From Psilocybe cubensis (taxonomy: Eukaryota): 64,000 nucleotides of DNA. Shown one piece after another: positions 38,582-51,153 of the stretch (position 1 is the stretch's first letter; the number at the start of each line of letters is the position of its first letter). The stretch lies in assembly GCA_017499595.2 (NCBI GenBank), contig CM039008.1, positions 868,001-932,000 on the forward strand, read 5' to 3'. The notes under the pieces were generated by a model that was not told the origin of the DNA, ran no database searches, and was given only the letters and a program-made list of their open reading frames with translations. Made by a program: the position numbers and the translations under genes.

Positions 38582-39110
38582 TACTTTGTCTTCCGATAAA
38601 ATCACAGTGTCGCTGTCTGGAATTTACGAGCGTCGCAGTGGGGCTCCAGGTGTCGTCATACTAACAGTTCGGGGGCTCGTGCAGTACTTCCAAAGTGAGG
38701 AAAAAGACCGGCCGTTTGACCGACGATTCACAAATAGCGCCAAAATGGCGAATCCTGATGATAGCCTCCTAGTCTTAACACTAAGGTTCTAGTTTTGCTA
38801 CGCCAGATATCCTCATTGACGTGGAAAGTATCGATGATTCATTGGAAGAGTCAAGAAACAACATTGTCCAAAAACTCGACCAACAAAGATTCAATTTGGT
38901 TAATGCTACGTAATGAAGCCATATTTGGTAGAGATTTGACTCATAAATGGTTCTTTTGAACAAACTCTTTCAGATTTGACAGACAACTCTATATCTGGTA
39001 ATAAACTATCGGCTTGCTTTCTTGCACTCAAGAAATTATTTAAACCATCGTTCTCTCCCTTCCAATACATCGAAACATATCATTGCACTTCGGAATGAAC
39101 GACATAATAA

Positions 39111-40154
39111 TCAGAGCTCAACTACTATTTTCGCTCCACTGACTCCGTTTTTCCACTCATCCAACGCCTTTGGGAGAGAGCGCAACCCTCCTGCAACAAG
39201 TTGGACTCTTGGACTTGGTACAATCTCTCCTGTTGCCAGTTTCCCTTCTAACCAATCCGTGAAAACGAATTGAATGAACTCTGCGGTTGCTTCAGGTGAA
39301 TCCATAGGTGGAATGACAAACTTGACCTCGATACCGTCTGCTTTGGGTGTGTCGGATTGTATAGGAGGCGCGTGAGCCACTTTCGCGATGCCCTCCCCCT
39401 TGACCTTGAGAAGCACATCCAAAGTACTATGGAGGTCCCCAATGGCATGGTATGCTGACTGAACCGAAACACCATCTTCCTTAATGGCATTGGCAATCTT
39501 GTCAACGACTTCTGCGTCCTTGTAATCAAACAAACGCGTCGCGCCGAGGCTGTTGAGGTATGCGTGGTGTTTCTCGCTTGCTGTTACGTAGGTGGTGAAG
39601 CCTAACAGTCGCGCGGCCTGGACGACAACGCTTCCAACGCTGGACGCGCCTCCCCAGATTATAAGCCCCTTTTTGTCCGCAGGGGTGAACTTGGTGTTAC
39701 GGGGCAAACCAAGCTGATACCACCCAGCCCATGCTGTAAGAACGGCTAAAGGAAGTACAGTCGCCTCGGCGAAACTGATCGCGTCTGGCAGTGGCGTGAC
39801 CGTAGACGCAGGGACGAGTACGCGCTCTTGGAATGCGCCATAGTCTGGTGCGCCCTTTGACGCGAATGACGCGGAGACGCCTAGAACGCGCGTGCCCAAT
39901 TTCACGTTATCTGCTACGTTGGAGCCCTTTGCGATGATGACTCCTGCGTAGTCGCTACCTATGGTGGCTGGGTATACGTCGACGAACACCCCGATTAAGA
40001 ATCGGTAGTAGTCGATTGGGTTTATGGCGATGGCCTTGACTTGAATCAGGAGCTCGTCGGGTCCAGGGGTAGGAGTAGGGCGCTCTACGAATTCAAGTGG
40101 TGATCCTTTTGACGGAATCACGGCAGCAAGGTGATGTGTTGCTGAAGAAGGCAT
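39111..40154 (-). CDS. MDR-family NAD(P)H oxidoreductase (enoyl-reductase/ToxD-like), intronless
   Basis: 347-aa single ORF; PTPGPDELLIQVKAIAINPID, GSDYAG, GAFQE, WGGASSVG, LGATRLFDY, GVSGAKIVV. Confidence 0.92.
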   Translation of the reverse strand: MPSSATHHLAAVIPSKGSPLEFVERPTPTPGPDELLIQVKAIAINPIDYYRFLIGVFVDVYPATIGSDYAGVIIAKGSNVADNVKLGTRVLGVSASFASKGAPDYGAFQERVLVPASTVTPLPDAISFAEATVLPLAVLTAWAGWYQLGLPRNTKFTPADKKGLIIWGGASSVGSVVVQAARLLGFTTYVTASEKHHAYLNSLGATRLFDYKDAEVVDKIANAIKEDGVSVQSAYHAIGDLHSTLDVLLKVKGEGIAKVAHAPPIQSDTPKADGIEVKFVIPPMDSPEATAEFIQFVFTDWLEGKLATGEIVPSPRVQLVAGGLRSLPKALDEWKNGVSGAKIVVEL

Positions 40155-41519
40155 GACGCGATGAAAATCTGAGACTGGTGTGTTCGAGTTGTTGAATATC
40201 CTGCTGGTCTACTTGCTCCTCGTCCTATGTTTTATAGGGTCTAGGAACGGTTCTTTTATTATTATTTCGAGCTATCGTATGTCGACTTCATCTTCGACGT
40301 ACCTTGTGAAGTTTTTGTCATCTTCGTCCAGTTCAGCTGAGTAATATCCCGGGCCCAGCTTTATCAACCCCTTGATTTGGTGCCCAAGTCTATCCTCATT
40401 TAACCAACTGCACTTCAAAAATACCGATTACATACTTCACGGGTGCCGGGTAGTACACAAGGCACGTCGAAACGAACAGCGAAACTCACACCACGGCTTT
40501 CATCGTCGTTGCTCAAACTCTTCGTCATCACCATCTTCCTATCGCACCCCATACTCGCCGCAGCAACGTCTCTGTCTGCTTACAATTCCACTCGATTTGA
40601 AGTAAGCTTGTTTTTAATTTGGATTGAACGCCAGCAATTGACGTGCCACTCTGGGATTTGCGGGCATCAAGGTGTAGGTGATTGAATGTAAAGGGATGAG
40701 AAGTCGTTGGACAGTCTTTATATGTCATGACAAAAAGATTACTATCGCTTCTAGTCTCATTTCTCGAGGCAATTAGTCTCTCTTGACCGTGAATTTTCCA
40801 ATCACGGAAATTTTTAATGACTGGTAAAAGGGAACATTGTTTATCGATTCAAGTGATAGTAAGCCTTATCTAGATCATTACCTCTATTTCCCTCTATTTT
40901 TCTTCCCCTATACATTTTGGTGGCCTTCCGAATTTTTGTTTGACTTTACATTGCTTTCATTCTTCCGCTCATATACAATCTCCAGCAAAACTGCTCTGTT
41001 TTCCAGAACAATGCCACTTGCGCGAAGTCACCTGTCGACAATTGGAATTCATTGATTCAAGTACGAACCAAGAGCTTCCCATGGTCGAACGGATTGTTAT
41101 CCGTCGAGCCCGATTCGAAGCCGGAACTGACGGGCGCCTATAAAGAACTAGCACCAAACAGTGAGCAGTCATCTCAACGTTAACAATCGTATCCAAGGTT
41201 CCGGTCGGAATGTAAGAAGTACCACAGAGAGATCTACATGATTCCCATCTACATACACCGCACGGGCGCAGTCCACTGGAGGAGCCCGACAGCTCAATTA
41301 TGGCTCGTAAAGCAGTGTGTGGCTGTGTGGCGCAGTATGTCATCAGACGGCGATGACATTTATAGGGGCCTCGATCGCCTGTTATCTAATCTGGAGCATC
41401 GGTGACAGTGCTCCTCCAGATTCCAGAACGTCATCTTGCTCCAGCACTGCCCCAGTCTGGCTTTATAAAAGGCCTCCTTCTTAGCTACGTTCAGATCCAT
41501 TCGCAAATCTTATCCTACA

Positions 41520-41997
41520 ATGTCCAATATCGTGCAGAACGTCAAATCCAAGCTCTCTGGATCCCACTCAAGCGGTGACCAAAATACTACCCAGCCTACT
41601 GCTCAAAATAACGAAGTGAAAGGCAACGCTGGGAAGGAGTCGAGCGAGCCTACATTCTCTATCCTTCCTCATCCTGCTGTGCGTCTCCTGTTTAATTCAT
41701 CTAAATCACCTATTGATCTGGAATAACAGAAAACAAACGATCCTGCTGATCTACAGCCCCCTGGTGGGCTCCGTCATAACGGCCCTATGGATGCATTCAA
41801 CACTCCAGGACCATTCATCCCTAAAGAAGACATGAAGAACAACCTGCCCGCACCTCTAGTGTGTATAATTTTCTTTTGTGCTGCTGCATTGACTAACCGT
41901 TTTTTGTTAGAGCCGGGAAGAGCTACATGCAAAACAGGCTTCGCTTCGCGCTGAGGAAGCACCAGGACATGGTACCCAGCAAGGAAATATACTCTAG
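41520..41997 (+). CDS. Small hydrophilic uncharacterised protein (~125 aa)
   Basis: TATAAAA at ~41464; three in-frame exons: MSNIVQNVKSKLSG...ILPHPA / KTNDPADLQPPGG...GPFIP...PAPL / SREELHAKQASLR...NIL*. Confidence 0.75.
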
Positions 41998-42179
41998 GCT
42001 GCGGATGACACTTACATTATAACCCCTGAACTACCTCCATTAATTGTACCATAGAGCTTGATTAATTTCATTGCGGCCATATTTACATTTCTGAGTTGCG
42101 ACTGAGCGATGCAGAATGACTCTAAGGAGTTATTTCTGCTACGCGCTTCCAAATAATAATAAAGGCATACTAATTATAA

Positions 42180-43272
42180 TCACTTTGAAAGTCCCCCAAC
42201 CATCTGAAAAAGTTCTAAGCATCAGATTTAAATTTCTACAAAAACATTTGAAACATACCTTCTTAAATTCTGTGTTAGTGAAAGTACCATATTAGTCAAA
42301 AAATTGTGTACGCTGAAGAAACACGACGATCACGCACCCGTGAAGTTGATCTCCTTGTCACCATCCAGGTCGGCTTCGCTGATCATCATGTCAAGTTCGT
42401 CCTTTGTTAACTTTTCCCCTGGGTAACCACGAATCCACACATCCACTTTCTGTAGTAACTTTGCCACCAAACACAAGGCAAACAAAAACTCACCTAGGTT
42501 CTTCATAACCTGCGCCAGCTCATCCACACTAATCTTGCCACTTGAATCCTTATCAAACACGCTGAACGCGTAGTACAGCTCCGAGTCCTCCCCGAACGGC
42601 GCCGCGCCCGCGAGCTTGGGCGAAAGCGGGTTGCGGTCCATGAGGTCGACGAACTCGTCGAATTCGATAGTGCCGTTGTGGTCCGTGTCGATCTCGCGCA
42701 GGATCGCGCTGAGCTCTTGCTCCGTCGGCGTCCGCCCGAGCGCACCCATGACGTCTGCGAGCTCGTGGGCGTTTATCGTGCCGCTGTGGTCTGTTTTATG
42801 TGTACAACGAGGTGAACGCGCGCGGAAGATCGGAGAATGGAGGAGGATGAGCCACCTTTGTCGAATAGATTGAATGCATCTCTGTATGCTGGAAGATAGC
42901 ATTTTAGCGCTCGTGGTTTTTTGCATTTGGGATAAGGGGTGTGTTTTGGCCGCTTACAATTGAGAGTTTCTGTTGGGTGACGAGCGCGGTTGAGGTATCA
43001 GGCGTTTGACGGTGATGTAGGGTCAGGATGATAGCAAGTGAAGGCGTAGATAATCAACCAGTCAATATTCCGAAATTTATCAACATCTATGCTTGAACGA
43101 GGTTTGAAACCTCATACAAACAGAAAGATGTCGCAGTGACAGAAAGCAGAAGGACAAGCACCTTCTGACTACAGCACATCATACATCGATAAGAGCAAAA
43201 AACGCTTATCAGATATGGCAGAACTAGGGCGTCAATTTGCAAAAAAAAAACACGCACAAGTTTCGAAGACAT
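42180..43272 (-). CDS. Calmodulin-like four-EF-hand protein (divergent paralog)
   Basis: Reconstructed MSSKL/SE/ETLN/SYRDAFNLFDK/DHSGTINAHE...DTDHNGTIEFDE...DKDSSGKISVDE...DLDGDKEINFT/EFKK/MVGGLSK*; micro-exons of 7, 11 and 12 nt. Confidence 0.88.
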
Positions 43273-43468
43273 GATGATATCGACTTCCTTCAACTTCTAG
43301 GTCAGCTCTTCGTGGATCTGGGGTGGCCGGTGTGGAGTTGGAGTAGCTCTGAACGGCTTTAGTGATGGTGGTACTGGATAAGGAGGGACAAGGGGTTGAT
43401 CTACATCAGGGTGGACCTAACACCAAGATTCATTTGGACAATGGTTTCGTCACGACAAGCGTGTGTCC

Positions 43469-44125
43469 ACTGAACGCCGTTCGCCCACCCGATTTTCCAG
43501 ATCACGTGGGTGTTTAGCTCGCGGCAGATGGCGGCTGGTTCAACATCCTCTTGGCATCCACCAAGACACCTCGTCAGGTTTACTTATGTCTCTGAGATGG
43601 ACATGTAGTTACTGTAAAGCGCCATATACTCACGGCACTTAGAACGCGATTCTAACCAAACGGAGTCATCATCAAACATCCCTAAACATGTGTTGTGGTT
43701 GACCGCGTGAATCGAAGTGGACTTGGACACGATTGTTCAAATTGGCATCGTTTCTAGGTAATTCAAACATTATACTATTGACACACTCAGCTGCATTAGC
43801 TCTAGAAATGAAATTAAGGACAGAATATAGTCATACTATTCATATTGTAGAGTGTTTAAAAGGAAATCTTGTGCAATCATTAAGAAGAACTTAAAGACTA
43901 TTTCAACTGATCACTTCCGTTCTCCAACAAGAGGTTGGTAACAATCGCGTTCTAAGTGCCGTTAGTATATGGCGCTTTACAGTAACTACATGTCCATCTC
44001 AGAGACATAAGTAAACCTGACGAGGTGTCTTGGTGGATGCCAAGAGGATGTTGAACCAGCCACCATCTGCCGCGAGCTAAACACCCACGTGATCTGGAAA
44101 ATCGGGTGGGCGAACGGCGTTCAGT
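43469..44125. mobile_element. Non-autonomous Mutator-like (MULE) DNA transposon/MITE, 657 bp
   Basis: 183-bp TIRs (43469-43651 and 43943-44125, two mismatches seen) flanked by perfect 9-bp TSD CGTGTGTCC (43460-43468, 44126-44134); AT-rich non-coding interior. Confidence 0.92.
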
Positions 44126-44642
44126 CGTGTGTCCAAAACAGAGTTCTGTGCTCGGTCAACTACTAAGGAAGTAGGTTTTTACCTAAAAGGAAAATCGCTA
44201 CCGCCCAACATGATTGAACGCGCTCATAACGAACGTTCTTGAGTAAGATTGCAGCGAAAGTGAAGTTGAGAATAGCATAGACACTGGTGCTTGGCGCTTG
44301 CAGATCATCGATGTTGCAAAGTCACTGTGATCAACCTGGCTGGAGATAAGGCGGCTGGATATGGATTGACAGTGTTGCCGGCCAACACGGGGCATATACC
44401 CTGCAACGAGCGCTACTCTCTGTATCATAAATATGCTGCTGAATGCGGAACCGAAAGACGACTACAAAGCTACTGATTCTCATGCCTCAATTATCACCTA
44501 GTTGGCAGCTAGAACTCAAGATATAGATTCGAATGCATTGAAAGCGCAAGGTTTATCTTTCAATATACATTTAATAAACATAGTACATGCAAAGAAAGCT
44601 AAAGAGAAGATGTAGTTGCATTTAAATTGTAAATTGTTCTTT

Positions 44643-47600
44643 TTAGAACCCTCCACTTTCAAGAGACGAAGGTAAAGAATTCGACGCCGACCCACAGCCA
44701 TCTGTTCGTGGAGTGGCGCCCACCGTGATCACGATCTGACCACCTCCAACGAGATCGTCGAACTGGATCCAGCACACAGAACTGCTCGCCTTGCCTTTGA
44801 TAGTGACGCTCTGCACATACAACCGGCTTCCTGTAGGAGGAGCCTTGACAAGCGTGGCCGGGTCAAAGCCGGAAACGGTGACAGTCGTGTCAGTGCCGAG
44901 GAGGCCGTTGTGCAAAGTATACGAGGATAAAAACGGCGTCGAGAGCAGCAACTGGCGAGATGCAGGAACTGGGTACAAACCGAGGAGGTGGAAGATAAGA
45001 AGCGCTGCCATTGCCCCCGAGTCGTCATTGCCTGGTATACTATGGAAGGAGAATGGATAGATTAAAAAAAAAGTTTAAAAATTGGTGTGTGCATGTGCAT
45101 TAGAATGAGAATATGGCCCATTCTAAAAACAACACACTCACCCTCCCGTCCCAGTGTTGTAGTTCCCATAGACTACTTGCCTTACGCGGAGAGCCGTGAG
45201 ATCCGGGCGGTTTGCGTAGTGGTATGCCCAAGGGATTTGGAAGGATGGTTCATTGCCAGCTTGGAAATAACCTTTAGAGAAGTAAGTGTCCCTGTGGAGG
45301 CCACGAGAGTCAGAGTTTAACACATAAAAACATGCGACTTCATGTTTGCTCACGTTCTGTTGATGAACACAGAATTTCCTCCCATAAGCCGAATGATGGT
45401 GGACATGGAATGTGGAGCAAAGAAGCTCATCTCCCACGAGGAAGCTAGAACACGGAGGAAAGAGACTTTTAGAGCCTGGCGTTCTGATCAGAAGAAAGAC
45501 TAACATTCATAGAAGCCAACGTTATTATCAGTCCCTCTGGCACATGAGTGAGGTGTAGGGTCCACGGGCGAACACGCGTCAGGAGGGCTAAACGCAAAAG
45601 TCCCATTCTGGGATGGAAACGGCCAGGATTCAGTACGTGATATCCAAAATGCAGGACAAAAATATCACCCACAGGGTACCTTCGCTGGGCGAATCCTGAA
45701 AATCCGTTGCTCGTCACGCTAGGATCCCAATGATTCACAAAGTTCATGGAGCGGTTGGTGTATTTCGTTATATCTCCCGATGTTTTATTCAAGGCTTTAG
45801 CTGCTTGCCGTACTGCAAAGTCTCCCACTGCATACTGTATGTTTTTTGAACTTAGTACTGCATTGTCAACTATGGAAAACTTGCGCTCTACCTCAAATGC
45901 CCGAGAGGCTTCTCGCGTGGGCAACCCAGTCGATCCCGAAGGATCAACCCAATCCGTGGGGATGTACCCAAAAGTTTTCCAGGCAGTATTCTGGCGACCA
46001 ACTGAAGCCCACAGCGGTTATTTAAAAACGCCGACAAGATGGCGTGAAAAGAAAACTGTACCTGTATACCAGTCAGGTGGCTATAGACACAAAAATTAGA
46101 TTGATCAATTTGGCTTTGTTAGAGCAACGTACAGTGTTTTCAGCGGTGTCGACAAGCGCTTGGTAGAGATCGTTTATGGGAACTCCTAGCTGAGAAGCAC
46201 GGCCTCCGTACTTGACAGCAAAGTCTCCCAGAATCGGCATTCCGTCGGATCCTCCTTGCACATATCCACTGAAATGTTCTCATGAGTCAAGAGCGGATAG
46301 GGGCGTTCGGGTATTACAGACGCTTTAGTATTAGATCGACATTCAGGAATGTATCCTAAAAGAACCATCGGCCAAGTCAGAGGGTTAATAATTGCTCAGG
46401 GCAGGAAGGTTAATCAAACCTGTGTTGCGCCATCCATCTACGTAGGCATTAACTATTTCGGCCCATTCAAATGGGGAGAGAAGAGAAAGAAGGGGATGGA
46501 CTGTGCGGAATGTGTCCCATGAGCTGCGAATTAATGAAAGAAGATAAAAAAGGGACCACTCATCGGCAGTCAAAAGGAAAGACTTACCAAAAGAGAGAAT
46601 CATAGAACGGGTACGCTGAAGTCCAGTAAGGGTTCTCGTTAGTCATATTCGCAGGAACTAATGATGCGCGATAGAGCTAGTGAAAGACTGTGTCAGATAT
46701 ACGAAAGCATCCTTCAACTTTGAGCCGCTGACCGATGAATACAAAAGTTGTACGATAGTGGGATTTTCAGATGCCACGTTCGTTGCGACTCTACTGAGAA
46801 CATCCTGCCACTTGGATTTGGAGGCTTGTTGGACGGCATTCCAATCCCAAGTCGGTACTTCTGACTCCGCGTTTGAGCACGCCTGGTTAGCGCTAATGAA
46901 AGAAACTCCGAAACGAACGGTCACTGAAGACGAGTTGAAAGCGAACAGACCGCCCGCCTGGATAGGATTTGTACTCGAACTATAGGGATAATTCAGTGAT
47001 GTGTTTCCTGACGTTACGAATATTGAGGCTGGCGCTTTGGTCGAAGAAGCATACGTGCCGAATTGCGTGAGAGAAGAAGGTGCGGAAGGCTGCACAAAGT
47101 CGTAACAGGCAAACGCCGTATAATTACTTGGACCGTAACTCTACGAACACTGGATTATTACTGGGGTATACATGCAAAATGTTACACATACCTGTAGAAA
47201 TGTACCGCCAAGCTTGACCCTGCCACTTGGTGCAATTGAGATGGATCCGCCTTGGAAAGAGCGTCCTAAATCGTTGGTAAGATCTGCTACTAGGAAATTT
47301 GTACCGCTCGTCGGAAAAGTGAACCGGATTAGGCCTGCTCTTCTGGTGGACGTTGTTTCTATTTGTATCCCGTTTGTAAAAGTTGTCGTAAAATATCCAG
47401 GAGATGCAGCTGAGAAGGGGTTATATAAGATAAGATGAGTAATATTGCACAAAACACGTACCATCTTTGCCAGCTGCTCGAAGCGCAGCACGGAATGTTA
47501 TTCCTACTGGACATGATAGAAAAGAGCAATTGTTTAAAGGAAACAATGGAAATATTCCGTATCCTCCTGCGGCATTCCCGCCGGTGCCTTCATCGTGCAT

Positions 47601-47949
47601 CAAAGATATCCCTGTGATTGAAGCGTTCCCAGATTTATAGCCTGCCTGGCGCGGAGTGGTGCTAACATCGATTCCAACCTAACTGATATAAGTACAACTA
47701 AAAAGACATATAAGAAAAGGAAAATATACCTTGGCCATAGCATGAGGAATTGCGGAGCCTGAAGCTCTCGTCACACATTGAACCGAAAAGAGAAGGCAAT
47801 AAGCAGGTCGCACCAGGAAATGCATTTCCGCTTGAAGCTGTCCCGATAAACAAATTAACGAGTGAAGTGTAGTCTGTTGCTGCAAATGAACCCGGAGATT
47901 GGCTGAACACGAGAAGGCATAACAAAGAGCATAGTGAACTGAAACGCAT
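44643..47949 (-). CDS. Secreted GH92 alpha-1,2-mannosidase-like protein
   Basis: Signal peptide; VNLFIGT..GNAFPG, MHDEGTGG, TNENPYW, SWDTFRTVHPL, QGGSDG, ASRAFEYAVGDF, AGNEPSFQIPWAYHY, PGNDDSGAMA. Confidence 0.92.
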
Positions 47950-48681
47950 GAGGAGCGAGGTTCATTTGGACACTTCAGAGCGCTTCATCTTTTTAAAGGC
48001 AACCAACCCGCCATTTGCTAGACCTGATACCTTCCATGAAGCCCGGACCTGTTCAACGGCCCCACCTGATTCTATCCCAATTTTGTATGATAAAATCCAC
48101 GAAAAAAGCACTCGTCGAACCAGGGTTGAGTCATGCCGTCGCGTTCTTGCACATTCCAGGTCCCTCAATCGTACGAACGTGGCCGGAAAAAGGTTCTATG
48201 ACATGAAATTTATGATGTTTTATCTGGAAGATGCAAGTATTTCTGCTTGAAGAAGTCGTAGAAGTCTGTCGCATCTGTTTCGTCACTTCGTATCTGGTGA
48301 CGGTCGCTGGCAAAAGCCATATGGATGTCTTCACGTGTCGACGGGTAGATGCACCATTTGCCGTAAAGAAGGATGCGTCAGACTGTACGTTGACGCTTCC
48401 ATAACGGCATATTTGCATTATATTTTACGCAGGAATGATAAATCTGTATGATTTTAGATGAGACAGTCGTAGAGGTCAAGTTTCAACTTGGAATTCAAGT
48501 TCAGCCTCGCCTTAGCCCAGCATCAAGCCGAACATCAAGCCGGTTTATTTGTTCTATATGTGTTTGCCAAATACGATCACGTTTATGACAAAATATGTTT
48601 CTCTTCTGCGTCATAGCTTGTCTGAGTGCCTTTGTATATAACTTCGGCGTCTAACTATGGTCTCCTTCAATATACTTCGCT

Positions 48682-49275
48682 ATGGACAGTGGAACATCAC
48701 CGAGTGGACCTGATTCCGAATCTTCTAGCGTATACCCCGTCCAAAGGCACGCAGGAAAAGTCGGTTATGGTCCCAATTTTGCTTCAGGAGCGGTACGGTC
48801 TTGATGAGTCGTGCGCGCAGCTCAGTTTAATCTAACGATTTCACCACAGGGTCTCGTAGACAGGCTGACTGGTCTCGCCACCGAGATTAAAGGAAAGGCA
48901 ACACATAATCCTGCAATGGTGCACCATGGACATGAAATATTCACGGGAGAAGCAAAACGAAAGAAGATTCTAGGAATCGACGTAAGATCATTTCTTTCTC
49001 TCATCATGATCTATTGGCAAAATGTCTCTACATAGGATCCCGACCCAGCATTTGATACAGGAAGAGATTCCAAAAAGAAATCATCAGGTCCTACCACTTC
49101 AAACCCTCCGACTGGCACAGTTGCTTCAGGTGCAGATCCTAATGCCCCGAACGCTCCTTCTTCTGCATCAGTCACAAGGAGTTCCAAAGAGCATGTTCCT
49201 GAGGCCATCAATCTAGCAGGTCCAGAGCATGTCAGTGATATGGGGTCATCAGTAGAACATTTGAAGCACTCTTAA
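48682..49275 (+). CDS. Small hydrophilic uncharacterised protein (possibly CsbD-like stress protein)
   Basis: Three in-frame exons: MDSGTSP...QRHAGKVGYGPNFASGA / GLVDRLTGLATEIKGKATHNPAMVHHG...LGID / DPDPAFDT...EHLKHS*. Confidence 0.7.
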
Positions 49276-50015
49276 TGTGTCTCGATTATAATGTCCCTTA
49301 TGACAATGGGCATGTATTGATATCTACCTTGCATTTATACATCGTTCCGCTCCGTTCTGGATTGCGCGTTCTGGATTGCGTCGGCGACATCGGAACTGTA
49401 AAGAGTAGAAAATGTTCAACATATTTTTTGACTTCCATCGGCGTAAAACTCAGACAGGCGTGTTCAGTGGAGAGTGCGGATCTTTGGCAAGTACCATCTA
49501 TTTTCATCCTCCTTTCTGCTGAAGGGAGTACAAAAATAGATCCACGTAAAGTTGGTGAACTGGAGGTCATGCATTCATGCCCCGTTCGCCTTCCATCATC
49601 CTGATAAACCTCGGATAACTTGTTTCTGTTCTTGCGATGGCTCCATTTCGCTCCCGTTTTACTGAATTCTGTTCATCAATAATTCGATCATCCGACCTTT
49701 GAAAGTAGGCTCATTTTGACGGACGAGCATTGGCAACGTGAAGCCGTGCTTTTGTCGACTCTTGCTTCTTTCCGCCTCATGACCCAATGAACGACTAACA
49801 AATACCTTTTTGATGATTTTCTGCTTTTCCGGGCCGCCTTTCTCCTCCACCCTGTGCTTTGGCTAAATCCTCTTTCTATGTATGACCCTTCCCGGATGGA
49901 AAGGGCACAATTTCGGTATCGTGTTGCGGAGAAATGTTAATGGAATACCCACTCGTAATACCTTTAAAAGAGCGAAAAACACAGGAGTCGGTGCATCCGT
50001 TCGTCACGATAAATC

Positions 50016-51081
50016 ATGTTCTCGAAGAAATTGCTGGTCTTCCTCAGCCTTGTCCCATTCATCTTCGCCGCACCAATCGACGAGCTCAACAAGAGGCAGT
50101 CGATTGACACGTCGTCGCATTGTGGTGGGTATACATATCACAGGTAGCCCAGATGAGGCTATTGACGAAATGAACAGGTCAATGGGACAGCGTGACAGCA
50201 GGACAATACTCTTTGCTCCTTGACCAGTGGGGTACTTCGGGTGCAACCTCTGGTTCAGATTGCGCTTCGCTCACTTCTTTGAGCGGAACCACAGTCGCAT
50301 GGAAGACCACTTGGAAATGGACTGGCGGAAATGGCGTTAAGAGTTTCACCAACATACAACTTAACAATGGATTGAACAAACAGCTCTCTGCTATTAAAAG
50401 CATTCCCGTCAGTCATTCATCTCAGATGCCTTTGCCCAGACAATTTTTACATTATTTGGTTATAATAGGCTACCTGGAAGTGGTCTCAGTCTTCTACGGG
50501 GACTGTAGTTGCAGATGTAGCTTATGATTTGTTCACTTCTACAACTGCTGGAGGAAGCAACGTCAACGAAATCATGATTTGGCTTGCCAACTACAATGCA
50601 GGCCCAATATCGGCCGTTTACAACTCTGACGGTACCCCCAAAGCCGTGGCAAGCAACATTTCTCTTGGTGGACAAACATGGTTAGCATAAGATCATTAAT
50701 TTTGTCTATTCTGTAATGACTTAACAATCCATAGGAATCTTTACAAGGGATCAAATGGTGCCAATGAAGTCTTTTCGTTCCTACCTGCCAACGGCGGCAC
50801 GATCACGAGCTTTAGCGCCGACTTGAATACTTTCCTCAAGGTACTTTCGGTGACGGCTAAATTTAGTGACTATGCTAATATGCGTCTTAAACTACTAAAG
50901 TACCTTACTGCCAACCAAGGTGTCAGCACATCTCAATTTTTGAAGACGGCTCAGGGAGGAACAGAAGCTACCTCGGGCTCTGCCACTCTCACAACGTAAG
51001 ATTTGTGTCCAAATTTAATGTGTGGTTAATGACTAACCATCTTTGTTTCTCAGCTCTGCCTTTAGCTTGGTTATCAATTAA
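50016..51081 (+). CDS. Secreted GH12 endoglucanase/xyloglucanase
   Basis: Signal peptide plus [44 protein letters not shown] (two catalytic Glu); 5 introns. Confidence 0.93.
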
Positions 51082-51153
51082 CTACCTTGATATTTTATCC
51101 AAGCGTTTAAGTATGCAAAGAACAGGATACTGGTATTGTTTGTAGCGATGTAC

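Noticed and set aside
40443..40690. Signal-peptide-like ORF followed by a GTAAGC donor
   Set aside because: No ATG start and no convincing downstream exons
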